Of a stretch of 64,000 nt of DNA, positions 41,048-52,782 are shown piece after piece. Both the position numbers and the translations under genes were made by a program. Source of the stretch: Chiloscyllium plagiosum (Eukaryota); NCBI RefSeq assembly GCF_004010195.1, contig NC_057719.1, positions 87,612,382 to 87,676,381 on the forward strand, in the 5' to 3' direction. The notes beneath the pieces are model-generated. The model did no database searches. It worked only from the letters and a program-made list of their open reading frames with translations, and was not told where the DNA came from. How positions within the stretch are numbered: position 1 is the first letter of the stretch; every line of letters starts with the position of its first letter.

Positions 41048-42124
41048 ATTAACATGTCACAGGTACAGAAAATAACCAATAAGTACATTAGAATGCTCAG
41101 ATTTATGTTTAGGGGATCATAGTAAGGCAAAGAAATCATGATTCAACTAAACAAAGACTTGGTTAGACCCCCCATAACTGGAGTACTGAGAGCTGGAGGA
41201 AATGCAGTGCAGATTCACAAAATGATGCACTCCAAAGGTTAAATTATAATGATGGATTACTTACTTACACACAGACACAAAGGTGAAGATCTTCGAAGGT
41301 CAAGGAGAGATTTGATCAAAGCTTTCAAGATACTAAAGTCAAGATATTGTAATTCTCTTTGCTAATGGAACTTGATGCAGGATCTACTGAACACTAAATT
41401 TTAACGCTGAGGTTGATAGATCGGTTTAGAGATAACACTTCACCATTCAATTGGGAATTTTATAAAATACCTCCGGAATCAATACTGAGCTTTATATCCC
41501 TCACCTTGGTAGCATGTTGGTGGCAAACTAGTAAATTGTATGGGCACGAGTTAATTGTATGAAACATCCTGAATCGCACAAGTGCGCATGTATGCGTGCG
41601 GGCGACGGAGAGAGAAATGTATATAAAAGTCTAAGTTATCAAAGCATCAGCCTGAAGGAGCGAAGAGAAGAAGAGTCTCGAAGTGTGGGAATCTAAAAGA
41701 ACAATCGACCTATTTTGGTCTTCTACATCAACATATCTTCATAATGGAAAATCAAATGTTATGTTTTGTTAATTAATCCTGTTAGTTTGCCCCCTAAGGT
41801 TAGTGATTGTTCTTTATGCCAGTATAGTTATTCCCAAACAAGAGATTCTGACCTTTGGGGTTTAGCATTAAGTCCAAAAATCCACAATAATCTAATAAAC
41901 CTTGAATGAATAAATAAATAAATGCCAACCAAAGGAAAAGACATTTTCAGGGAGATTCTTTATAACCATATATTACCCCAGCAAAATACCCAATTCTGAG
42001 AAATGGACTTCTTTCCTTGCCCTACAGAAGAGTTTGCAAGTTACAAAGTTTAGCTGGTCCCACTTTGCCTCCTGTTAGTTAGCCAATCCTGGATTTGGTC
42101 CATTTTTTAAAATCAGCAAACTGA

Positions 42125-42573
42125 GGGTTCAGAAAAGATTTACAAGGATGTTGCCAGGGTTGGAGGATTTGAGGTATAGGGAAAGGCTGAATAGGCTCAG
42201 GCTGTTTTCCCTGGAGAATTGGAGGCTGAGGGGTGACCTTATAGAGGTTTATACAATCATGAAAGGCATGGATATGATATATAGACAAAGCCTTTTCCCT
42301 GGGGTGGGAGACTCCAGAACTAGAGGAAATAGATTTAGGGTGAGAGGGGAAAGATATAAAAGGGTGTGTGTGTATGGATGAGCTGCCAGAGAAAGTGGAG
42401 GAGGCTGGTACATTGTGGCATTTAAAAGGCATCTAGATGGGTATATGAATAGGAAGGGTTTAGAGGGATATGGGCCAAGTGCTGGCAAATGGGAGTGAAT
42501 TAGGTTAGGACATCTTGTCAGTATGGATGAGTTGGACCAAAGGAACTGTTTCCATGCTGTACATCTCTATGAC
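42125..42573 (+). mobile_element. CR1 LINE 3' fragment
   Basis: MLPGLEDLRYRERLNRLRLFSLE...RGDLIEVY. Confidence 0.9.
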
Positions 42574-43099
42574 TTTGCTTGTAAGATTAGCTCCCATCTT
42601 GTTGCATATTTATTCACATCCCCCACCCATTTTTCTTACTGCACTTATGTTTGGACAACAACAACATCCGGACCACTCGCACATCCTCTAGACAAACATT
42701 TAGTTTCATTATCAATACCAATACCACAGCCTTTGGCTTGTTGTCGGTCCAGGTCCTGTCCTACAGCACAGGAACAGATTCTTTGTGCGAGTAGGACCAA
42801 TCTAGTTCCATTTGCCAGGCCCATATCCCTCTAAATCCTTCCTATTCATGAACCCATGCAGATGCCTTTCAGATGTTGTAATTGTACCAGCCTCCACCAC
42901 TTCCTCGGGCTGGTACAATTTCAACATTTAAAACATTTGGCCACTGCTTCACAGACCTGTTCAGTTTCAGGTCTTTTTGCCAGCTGCCAACTTTTCGTTT
43001 ATTGCAATGCCGACTATCCAACAGTTCTGACAGAAAGTTAGTCACTATTAGCTCGTCAGCCCAGATGGAGGGCTAATTGAAGCCCTCTATGCGTTTACC

Positions 43100-43810
43100 T
43101 GATGTTAGCTGTCACGTGTATGCGTTTACCTGATGAAGGTGGTCTTGCCGGTGGAGTACTGGCCGATCAGCAGCACCATGGGCTTGTTCTCGAAGTCGGC
43201 CTGCTCCAGGGCGGGCGAGTGGAAGTGATGAAACTGGTAGTAATCCTCCAGCGGCAGCAGCCTCTTGTTGTACAGGGAGCGCAAGCCCTCGGACACCGTG
43301 TTAAACACCACCGAGTCCTTCCCGCGGGCCTCAGGCCCAGACAGCCAGCTGAACATGGTGCCTCACCCCGACTGGTCTCGAGCTCACTGACTCAACCCAC
43401 ACTCCCGTCCGCTTGGGACAACACGGACTCACCGGGAGAGCCCGCCCCTTTTCCCTAACTCCACCCAAGGCCACGCCTACTCGCCGGGCCCCGTCCACCC
43501 GTCACAGGCTTCACCCGCACCAACCGTCCCCGCCCGGAGCTCCGCCCATTCATCTCACCCCTGCCCCGCAAGTCATGACGTCCTCCGCCCCGCCCCAACT
43601 CCGCCCATTCGCCCAACGAGCCCCGCCCAACGAGCCCCGCCCCAGTCGTACTCCTCCCCGACCCAACTCCGCCCATCTGCGTGGAGTCCCGCCTCAGACC
43701 CCGCCCACTCGCCGTCACAGCGAGGTGTCCCAAACAGACCCCGCCCATTTCCCCCTTCACCCCACCCGCCTCGCGCTAACATCTCCCGCCCCGGCCACCA
43801 GCCGTGAGCA
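43100..43810 (-). promoter_or_regulatory. CpG island and GC-box-rich promoter of the EHD gene
   Basis: Abrupt GC/CpG enrichment over exon 1 and about 450 bp upstream. Roughly a dozen CCGCCC-type Sp/KLF boxes; TGACTCA (AP-1) at 43388-43394; TGACGTCC (CRE-like) at 43576-43583. Confidence 0.85.
43130..43356 (-). CDS. EHD4: EH domain-containing ATPase (EHD family, EHD4-like), coding exon 1 (227 nt)
   Basis: Translation MFSWL...FHSPALEQADFENKPMVLLIGQYSTGKTTFI(R) carries the EHD N-terminus and P-loop GQYSTGKT. Start context GCACCATG; donor ATCAG|GTAAAC at 43129. The family is certain; the paralog is inferred from EHD4-type residues (GLRSLY, DFENKPM). Confidence 0.93.
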
Positions 43811-43855
43811 CTCAGTCGGAGTCATACAAACAGACCCTTCGGTCCAACTCATCCA

Positions 43856-44117
43856 TGCTGCCTCACACGCGCCAGAGACCCGGGTTCAATTCCCACCTCA
43901 GGCGACTGACTGTGTGGAGTTTGCACGTTCTCCCCGTGTCTGTGTGGGTTTCCTCCGGGTGCACTGGTTTCGTCCCACAGCTCAGGTGAATTGGCCATAC
44001 TAAATAGTGTTAGGTAAGGGTAGATGTAGGGGTATTGGGTGGGTTGCGCTTCGGCGGGGCGATGTGGACTTGTTGGCCGAAGGGCCTGTTTCCACACTGT
44101 AAGGAATCTAATCTAAT
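43856..44117 (+). mobile_element. HE1-type SINE abutting the EHD CpG island
   Basis: B box GGTTCAATTCC, core and ctaatctaat tail; 5' head truncated. Confidence 0.88.
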
Positions 44118-44149
44118 TCCACACCAGGAAATCTCTGATATCCTCCTAT

Positions 44150-45145
44150 TTCAGTTTTCCCTCCCATGAAATCAACAGTACCCTAAACCCCACCCCTCCA
44201 AATGCAACAAAAATGGAACATGCCCCCCTACCCCAAAAACCCCTCAGCTTTTACCCCATGAATCTGAGGATTCAGCACATTATTATGCACCATTTTTGCC
44301 ACCTACGGCCAGATACCACCAAAATTATATATTCCCTCCCCATATCCAGATTTGTTCCACAGGAAGCATTCCCTCCTTGACTTCCTCATTAGGTCCACAA
44401 TCCCTGACCCACTCTGCACACCTGGTACCTTCCCCTGCCACCAAACGAGATGTAATACCTGCACCTACACCTCCCCCTCACTTCCGTTCCAGGCCTCAAT
44501 GGATCATTTCAAATCTGGCGGAGATTTTCCTGAACATCCACCCACCCCCATCTACTGCATCCATTGCTCTCGATGTGGTCTCCTGTACATTGTGGAGACA
44601 GAATGCCAACTTGTGGAACAATTCAGGGAACATCTCTGGTCTGCACTCACCAAAAAAACCCCACTGCCCTGTAGCCAACCACTTCAACCCCCCCACCCCC
44701 CCCACCCCATGCTCTCCTAAAGACATGCAAATCCTGGGCCTCCTCGACTGCCAAATCAAATTCTACTGCCAAATCAAATTCAACCGCCAACTGGGTGAAG
44801 AATGGTTCATCTACCGCCTCAGGACCCTACAAGCACACAGCATCAACATTGATTTCACCAGTTTCCAAACCTCCAGATCCAACGCTCAAGCAACTCAAGC
44901 CCTCTTAACCTGTCCATCTTCCTTCCCATTTGTCTGCTCCACCCTCCTCACTGACCTATCACAATTACCATCCACCTATAGCCATTCCACCAATCTTCCC
45001 ACCCCTACCCCAAAACTCTTATTTATCTCTCAGGCCCCCTCCCCCTCCGCATTTCTGGTGAGGGACTTCTGCCCGAAATGTCAATTCTCCTGCTTCTCGC
45101 ATGCTGCCTGACCTGCTGTGCTTTTCCAGCAACACATGTTTTGAC
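44150..45145 (+). mobile_element. Degenerate Penelope-like element 3' half just upstream of the EHD promoter
   Basis: PGTFPCHQTRCNTC and IYCIHCSRCGLLYIVETE...FREHL (GIY-YIG), frameshifted; degenerate hammerhead terminus. Confidence 0.85.
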
Positions 45146-45149
45146 GCTT

Positions 45150-46035
45150 CCTATTCATTTACCCATTCAGGCACCTTTAAAATGTTGTAATTGTACTAGC
45201 CTCCACCACTTCCTCATTTCATACACACACCACCCTCTGTGAAGAAGTTGCCCCTTAAATATTTCCCCTCTCGCCCTAAACCTATGCCCTCTAGTTCTGG
45301 ACTCCCCCGCCCCATGGAAAAGACTTTTACTCAATCCATGCCGCTCATGATTTTATAAACCTCTATAAAGTCACCCCTCAGCTTCCAATGCTGATTTCCA
45401 GTCTATTTTTATATCTCCAATCTGCCATTCCCGGCAACATCCTGGTAAATCTTTTCTGAATCCTCTCCAGTTTAATAATATCCTTCTTGGAACAAGGTGA
45501 CAGAATTGTACATAGAACTCTAGAAGAGGCCTCATGAACCTCCTGTACAGCTTCAACGTAACGCCTCAACTCGTACGCTTGAAGGTCTGAACAATGAAGT
45601 TAAGCAAGCTAAATGCCTCCTTAACCACCCTGTCTACCTGTGACGCAAATTTCAAAGAATTATGTACCTGAACCCCTAGGTTTCTCTGTTCTTACAACAC
45701 CACCCAGGACCCTGTTCATATTACCAAAATGCAATACCCCACATTTATCCAAATTTAACTCCATCTACCATTTTTCAGTCCGTTGTCCCAATTGATCAAG
45801 ATCTCTTTGTGATTAGATTAGATTAGATTACAGTGTGGAAACAGGCCCTTCGGCCCAACAAGTCCACACCGACCCGCCGAAGCGAAACCCACCCATACCC
45901 CTACGTTTACCCTTTACCTAACACTACGGGCAATCTTCGATAACCTTCTTCATTGTCCACTATACCAGCAACTTTGGTGTCATCTGCAAACCTACTAACC
46001 ATACCTCCTATATTCTTATCCAAATCATTTATATA
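45150..46035 (-). mobile_element. CR1 LINE fragment with a nested HE1 3' half (45812-45933)
   Basis: [15 protein letters not shown] and SRFADDTKVAG remnants. Confidence 0.82.
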
Positions 46036-47277
46036 AAAGATTTTTTAAAAATACAAAAATAGGTGTGAAGTCAACTGGCAAGGATGACACACAGATTCTA
46101 AGGAGGGATATACACTCATTAATCAAGTGGAAGAAGCTTGGCAGTTGGAATGTAATGTGGGGAAAAAGTGATGATTTGGCAGGAAATATGGAGTATTTGA
46201 TCATAAATGGAGAAAGAGTTTAGAAAACTACAACACAGAGTACTTTGGGATATCCTTTTGCATAAACATCAAAAAGAAAGGAATGGGCAATAGGGAATGC
46301 AAATGGAATGTTGATCTTTATTTCAGAGAGAATGGAGTTTAGGGAATTTCTAAGGGAATTGTTGTTTCCCATTTGTTGAGAATATGGTGTTGTAGATCAT
46401 GTCCATTTTGCTTCTGTACTCATGGCAGTGCCAGAGATTACTTGTCCCACTGAGATGGTTGACTGCATGAGATGTTGGAGTTGATTACCTAAGACTGACA
46501 GTCGACCATTTAAGACATTTTAAGCTGTTTTATTAAGTAGTGGCGGTTTAGCTATAATATATTAGTTAAACAGACAAAAAGAGAATACAACCCACAATAG
46601 TTGAGATCGGTTCACTGTTACCAGAGGATGAAACAAAGGATGGTACAGAGTGTTTTGATCTCAGTAACTAATAGATGGAGCATCCTGTTTCTTAACCAGT
46701 GTTAGAAGACTCTTCCTTGGATCTTCCAACATCTTCTATGGTCCATCTTCTATTGGATAAGCTATCTTACAAGGTCTGCACCCTAATGAGGAGCTATTAA
46801 TAAATATAGCCTGATTCTAGGGGCAGGAAGTTTGCAAAACGTTTGAACTTTCTAACCAAAGAGTAAAGAACACGTACCGAAGATGCCAGAATAGTCACCT
46901 TTCTTTCTGTTCATTTGCCAGCTTGAGATTTTTTTTGTGTGTGTATCCTACTGAGGGTCATTTCTGAACACTATCAATAAGGGGCTATCCTACCTGCTTA
47001 GTCAACATGGAAGCCTGAACCAAGGCACCCTGACATTTCCAAGGATTGCTTAGAAATGTTAACTGTTTGGGAACTGTCTTTTTCAAAGGAAAACAAATCA
47101 TTGCTCTATTAGCTAATCTCCTAAACGTATTGTACAATATGGAAAATTAAGGACTCTAATTCTCTATGACTGTTACTTAACCAGAATAAGCAGTGTGGCT
47201 AACATTGATACAAAGATGAATTTTCTGTATTGGTTGTAAAAGGTTCAAAGGTTGCATCCTAGCCTGGATGTGGGCTA

Positions 47278-47470
47278 GGGTGTGATCTGTATCATAGTCC
47301 ACGGTGTAGTCGTAGTAGCTGTACATGTTGAGAATGCTGTTGAGAGAGCCATGTCTGGTGGGGAATCAGATCCAACTGGTGTCAATGCCCGGGTCTTGGC
47401 TATCCCCAGGACACATTTTGGAATGGTATGCTCTGGGAAAATGTTAGTCACACATATCAGCAGATTCCAT
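47278..47470 (-). mobile_element. Decayed RTE-clade LINE endonuclease fragment
   Basis: Across frames it reads ICVTNIF...VSWG*PRPGH*HQLDLI...TRHGSLNSIL..YSY...DYDTDHTL, matching the RTE APE pattern VSWRHPRSxHWHQLD...DCDTDHSL. Confidence 0.72.
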
Positions 47471-48527
47471 GCAATGGAAGTGACAGCCTTGGCAGTGACA
47501 GCCATAACCTGAGAGGAAATATCATTAGTTCCTGTGGGGGAAGGGCTGTAATGTCCCTCAGCCTCAGAGTAACATTGGTATGAAAGCAGTTCTCTTCAGT
47601 TGAGTGACATGCACTGGACAGCCTAATTTTTTGTCATCACTAGAAAAAGACATTGCACACGGTGAGATGAGCTACTACAGAAAACAAAGAACTACAGATG
47701 GTGGAAGTCAGAAACAAAACAGAAATTGCTGGAGAAAGTCAGCAGATCTGACAGTTTCTGGACTCAAAACATAAATTCTGCCTTTCTCTCTCTCTACAGA
47801 TGCTGAGTTTCACCAGCAGTTTCTGTTTTGTAGCACTTCACAGTACCAGATTCGGACCAATTTCAGTCCCACCATCCCTGCTTGTTCCCAGCTCACTGAA
47901 GGTCAGAGCAGAACCTCCTGGGCTGATTCATATTGATAATTAGGAACATTGCCCCCTTCACCTCCCACCCACCCACCCACCCAACCATAAACCCCATTGA
48001 TGGATGCTTGCTGTTGTCATTAACATTACCGATTGTGATTTAAACCCCTGCTATAGTCTACCAACTATGTTGTTGACACTGATAGCCCGGAACCACAACC
48101 GTAAGACATAGGAGCAGAATTAGGCTATTCAGCCCATCGGATCTGCTCTACCATTCAATCATGGCTCATATGTCAACCCTATTCTTTCGCCCTCGATCTT
48201 CTTACCAATCAAGAAGCCATCAAGCTCTGTCCTAGACTCTCGATGGCTTGGCCTCCACAGCCTTCTGAGGCAATGGCTTCCACCCTCTGGCTGAAGAAAT
48301 TCCTCCTCATCTAGTTTCTAAAGGGCCATCCCTTCACTCTGAGGCCAGTTAATGGTTAACCAAAGTTTCAGATCATTTGATCTGCTGAGAGCTCACTCAT
48401 CCCCTCCCATGGTCCACTGCTTCCAAGGTATATGCCCCTTACTAGGCCCACTCTAGACTCCAATGGTAACTCGGCAAATACACTTAAAAAAACACATACA
48501 TCGGTAGAAGGGAATGGTCACACTAAG

Positions 48528-48533
48528 TTTATT
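48528..48533 (-). terminator. Candidate polyadenylation signal of the PLCB2-like gene
   Basis: AATAAA on the minus strand about 1 kb past the stop codon, near the end of a repeat-poor stretch; TG-rich sequence follows on the minus strand. Confidence 0.5.
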
Positions 48534-49552
48534 TTCAAAAACATTCACAGGTGTTATTCACTCAAACTGCTGTTTAAGTCAAGGTAAAAGTACTATAATC
48601 ATTCTGCACACAAACCACAGAAAATAGTTTCAGAGAACCGTAGCAAGCTGAGTCAGAGGAAGAGGTACTGTACCCATTTAAGGTTACTTATAACTCGTGG
48701 TTCTACAAAGGCTTTAATCTTATCCCAGCATCTACATGGAGCCCAGCATTTCTTGAACAGCAGGCCACTTTGCTGGTGAGCTACCTGCTATAGTGAACAC
48801 ACTATTCCCAGTAGACCCTCACTGCTGCATGCATGCTCCCCAAGGTCTCTGCCATGAGATCAGCCATCAAGCTCCTTCTGCTGCACATTAATGTTTACCT
48901 CCAATACCTGGAGACATCTCCCCTGGGGTAAACAGAGCAGAAAATCCACTTTCAACAATGAATGTTTTAAGGATAGGTGGAACAGCTTGGATTCCAAGGG
49001 AACTGACTGATTAACAAACCCATAAAAAAGACAGCCTTTCACCGACATAGAAGCAATCATTTAGACTGTCACCTCTGTGGCAGCTCTCCAAGAGATGCCA
49101 CTTCCCCTGTTGTTATAAAAAGGCAGAGGCGAAGAGAAGAGAGAGATAAAGGGCAGGATAGACGTGGTTTCCGTGTTTTAATATCACCAAGCTCAAAGGG
49201 GAAATGTCTCACTGACAGGGGGAGCAGAGACCAGAGTGCCCGGTCACAAAAGTCACTGATCGATTGCAAGTCCTTACAAGAGAGACGTAACTACGGAAGA
49301 GGGAATGGCACAAGAAAATATAGATAGACCATGAGAGGAAGCACTTTTCTGACAACCCATCTGACAATGGGTGTCAACCCCTAATTCGATGTGTGCACAT
49401 TAACAAGTGAGACCATACAAGCTATAAATCAGCGAGGGAGCACATGTTACCCTGCACCAGTGTAAAGTACTCAACTCATCTCTGTGCTGATCTCGGCCTG
49501 GTATCTGTGCAGTACATCCCTGATCCAGGGCTTTTACTAGTGTTATTGTTAG

Positions 49553-49798
49553 TTATAGCACAGCAATAAGATATTCTGGACCATCCTCATCTTCATTCGC
49601 TATACTCTCTGATGTGTTCTCTGTTGTAGGTGGCAGTGGTTCAAGAGCTTTTGATTCCTCCACATCTTTCTCTTGGCTCTGCATTCTCTCCAGCTCCGGG
49701 GTGAACTTGCTTGTGATGATCAACTTGCTCAGCTCTTCCACCAACTGCGGCAAGGCTGTCATTTTTGCCTCGTACTCGTCGTGAACCTCCTGCTGGTA
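49553..49798 (-). CDS. PLCB2: PLCB2-like last coding exon
   Basis: Long pyrimidine tract plus TTCAG| acceptor. YQQEVHDEYEAKMTALPQLVEE...DEDGPEYLIAVL* resembles recalled PLCB2 FQKEALAEYEARMKGL. TAA stop at 49553-49555. Confidence 0.85.
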   Translation of the reverse strand, partial: YQQEVHDEYEAKMTALPQLVEELSKLIITSKFTPELERMQSQEKDVEESKALEPLPPTTENTSESIANEDEDGPEYLIAVL

Positions 49799-51419
49799 CT
49801 GAACAGGTGGGAAACAAGGAGAGGAAAGCAGATCAATGGTGGCTCAAACAGGACCCTTCTCCCTTAACACTGTGCACTGGCTCAGGGGGCTTATAGCTGC
49901 AGTGTGTGGGCAACTATGCCACAGGCTTCTGGCGTTGGGAATGTGAACCTCAAGGCAACAATTTGCATGCCTACCTGTTCCATGTGCTGTGAATAGGCGT
50001 GGACTGAAGGAATGGTGCAGGCATGATGGGTGAAATGGCCTCCTCCTGTGCCAAAATGATACTGGCATTCTGTGAAAAGGCTCAGGCACACATGCAGAAG
50101 CAAAGTGACTCTCGGACGATAAGACAGCTGTTGGAGAAGGGAGTTTGACATTCCTACAACCGTCTCCTGACGTGACCCCGGAACTGACTGGTTCCAGTTT
50201 TAAGGTTATGTCCATTTGTTCTGACTTGCCTCACCAGAGGAAATAGTTTCACTCTATCTAACATGTAAAATCCTTTAATGATAAGAACACCTCAATCAGA
50301 TCCTAGTCTGTACTGTCACACTCCGGTATATTCTGAACTTCAAACCAATTTTCAAGTTTTTAAAAACAGAACACCAAAGGCTGGAAAGATGGATACCGAA
50401 GGGTCACCTGACATCTTTTTGAGGAATGAAACCACTCTTTTGTTGCAAAAGACCTAAACAATCTTCCAGACTGATGCTGAATTGATGCCCTTTCCTGAAA
50501 CTAATCTAAGAGACTACTATGACATTGACTAGGTCAAGATGTTAAATAACCCGTCACCACCCACCCTCCAATTTTATTCAGAAAAGACTTCGAACTTGTG
50601 GAATTCACCTGATGAGAATTGATTTTGTTGTTGCAAAAGTTACTTGCAGGCAGAATTCCACCAAAATGCCATCAAACCAGCTGCAAGATAATTAATGAGC
50701 AATACCTTGAAAGTAGGAGTTCCCAGAGAAAACTGCTCCCCCAACCTATTCCAATTTGGAGTTTACCTGCAAACCAAACTCCTTAAAATTCAACTACAAG
50801 AAACTTCACAGACTGTTGAGAACCCTTCACTTTACAATACCTAGAAAACATCGACTTCATCTCAGAAACTACAGGCCTGCCATAAAAGAGGCTGATATCA
50901 TTAATGTGTGTATGTGTAAGTGAGACAGGTGAGTAAAACATTCTGTTATTTGGGGAGCAATGAGACTCACAAACATTGATGCTGGATTTATTTAATTGGG
51001 ATGCAGGAGATCTGAAATAAAAACAGCAGGTATGGCAGCATCGGTGGGGGAAAAGCAGAGTTAATGTTTTGAGTTCAGTGAATCTCCTCTGATGAAGAGT
51101 CATTGAAGTCTGTTTCTCTCTTCACAGATGCTGACAGACCTGCTGAGTCTCTCTAGTATTACTGTTTTTATTTATTTGGGATGCACATACCAAGGTAAAA
51201 ACATACCTCTTACATACAACCATATTGATCACAGGCAGTGAAAAGCAACACATATTCTGTCCATGACAGTACTTAAGGAAACAATTAAACTGCTTTGGGT
51301 AATGTTACCCTGGATAACTCTCTGCACCAGTCCTGAGGGAGTTTTGCACTGACAACGATGCAGTAATTCTGATGCGAAATTAAACCCAAACGTAGAAAAG
51401 TACAAATTAGGTGTGGGAA

Positions 51420-52530
51420 TACCTCTATATTTTTAATCAAGTTCAACTTTTACTCTTCTAAGCTCCAGTAGATACAACCTAGCCTATTCAACTTTATCTT
51501 ACAAGACAACCCTCCCATTTTGGGTATTAGTCTGGTAATCTTCTCTGAACTGTTTTCAATGCATTTGCATCTTTCTTTAAACAAGGAGTCAGCCCTTTGC
51601 ACGGTACCTCAGATATAGAATCACCAATGTCCTGTATAATTGAAGCAAAATTTTCCTACTCTTGTAAGAAATCCCCTCATAATAAATGATAACATGCTAT
51701 TTGCTTTCCTAATTTCTCTAACTGTACCAGTACCAATTGTTTGTGATTCACGTACAAGAACCCTAGATCTCCCTGCATTTCAGAGCCCTGTAACCTCTCA
51801 CCTTTTAGATAATATGACTCTTCTTTTCCTTCCTGCAAAATGGACAATTTCATATTTTCCCCATATTATACCCCATCTGCAATATCATCACTGCCCACTC
51901 ACTTAACCTATCTATATCACCTTTATAGTCTCCTTACACCATTTCACAATTTACTTTCCCACCTATCATTGTGTCATCAGGAAAATTTAGCTGGTAAGAT
52001 TTTGGAGCAGATGTAGGCCATTCAGCCCAGAGTCTACTCCACCATTCAATGAGATCATGGGTGATATGATAATTGTCAACTCCACTTTCCTGCCTTTTGC
52101 CTTGATTCCCTTACTGATTAAATATTTTGTTTATCTTGGTTTGAGTATACTTAATGATCCAGCCTCAACAGCCCAAAATATTCACTGCCCTTTGAGTGAA
52201 GAAATTCCTCGTCATCTCTATCTCTTATTCTGAGATTATGTCATCTGGTCCTACACCTTCCAAAAGGGGAAACCACCTTTCAATATCTACCCTGCAAAGT
52301 CTCCTATGAATCCTGTATGTTTTAAAATGGTCACTTATTCTTCTAAACACCAATGAGTATAGACTGAACTTATTCAACATTTCCTCACAAGACAGTCTCC
52401 TCTGTTTCCAGGATCAGTCAGTGAAACTTCTCTGGACTGCCTCCCATGCCAGCATATCTTTCCTGAGATAAGGGGCCCAAACTATTCACAGCATTCCAGC
52501 TGGGGTCTGACTAGTGCCTTGTATAGTTTT
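51420..52530 (-). mobile_element. Two adjacent old CR1 fragments
   Basis: Decayed RT/3' end similarity (ctgatgacacaa; VRPQLECCE-like segment). Confidence 0.7.
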
Positions 52531-52546
52531 GGTCCAACTCAGTTAC

Positions 52547-52633
52547 CTCTTTTTCCTTTTCCTTAATTTCCTCTAATTTTGCTGAATACTTTTCTTCAAG
52601 CTTGCTCTCAAGATTCGTTTGATTCACGTAAGC
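52547..52633 (-). CDS. PLCB2: PLCB2-like penultimate exon (87 nt)
   Basis: Acceptor TTTTTTATTGCAG|, donor GAG|GTAACT. AYVNQTNLESKLEEKYSAKLEEIKEKEKE resembles recalled PLCB2 QEKLEEKQAACLEQIREMEKQ. Confidence 0.82.
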
Positions 52634-52782
52634 CTGCAATAAAAAAAAATCAGAAGTGAAGTGAAACTGTTGTTTGGTAAGTGAGATTTTCATTTGCAGG
52701 AGTGGGATTGTAATTTGTGGAACTGAACCGTTTGGGGAGTGGGAATGTTCTTTGGGGAGAGGGATTTGTTTCTTGGGAGTAA

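Noticed and set aside
43102..43458. 118-aa plus-strand ORF
   Set aside because: Antisense shadow of EHD exon 1.
43413..44003. 196-aa Pro-rich ORF and overlapping Gly-rich minus ORFs
   Set aside because: By-product of the stop-poor CpG island running into an HE1 SINE; no domain recognised.
47275..47512. Overlapping 76-aa ORFs on both strands with an acceptor-like CAG upstream
   Set aside because: Better explained as a frameshifted RTE endonuclease remnant.
49069..49269. Possible alternative terminal PLCB exon
   Set aside because: Weak acceptor and no recognisable homology; most likely 3' UTR.
14520..50800. Further LTR-like segments (about 14520-15156, 20150-20815, 46490-46920 and 50315-50800)
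   Set aside because: Suggestive composition or termini, but boundaries and TSDs could not be established.
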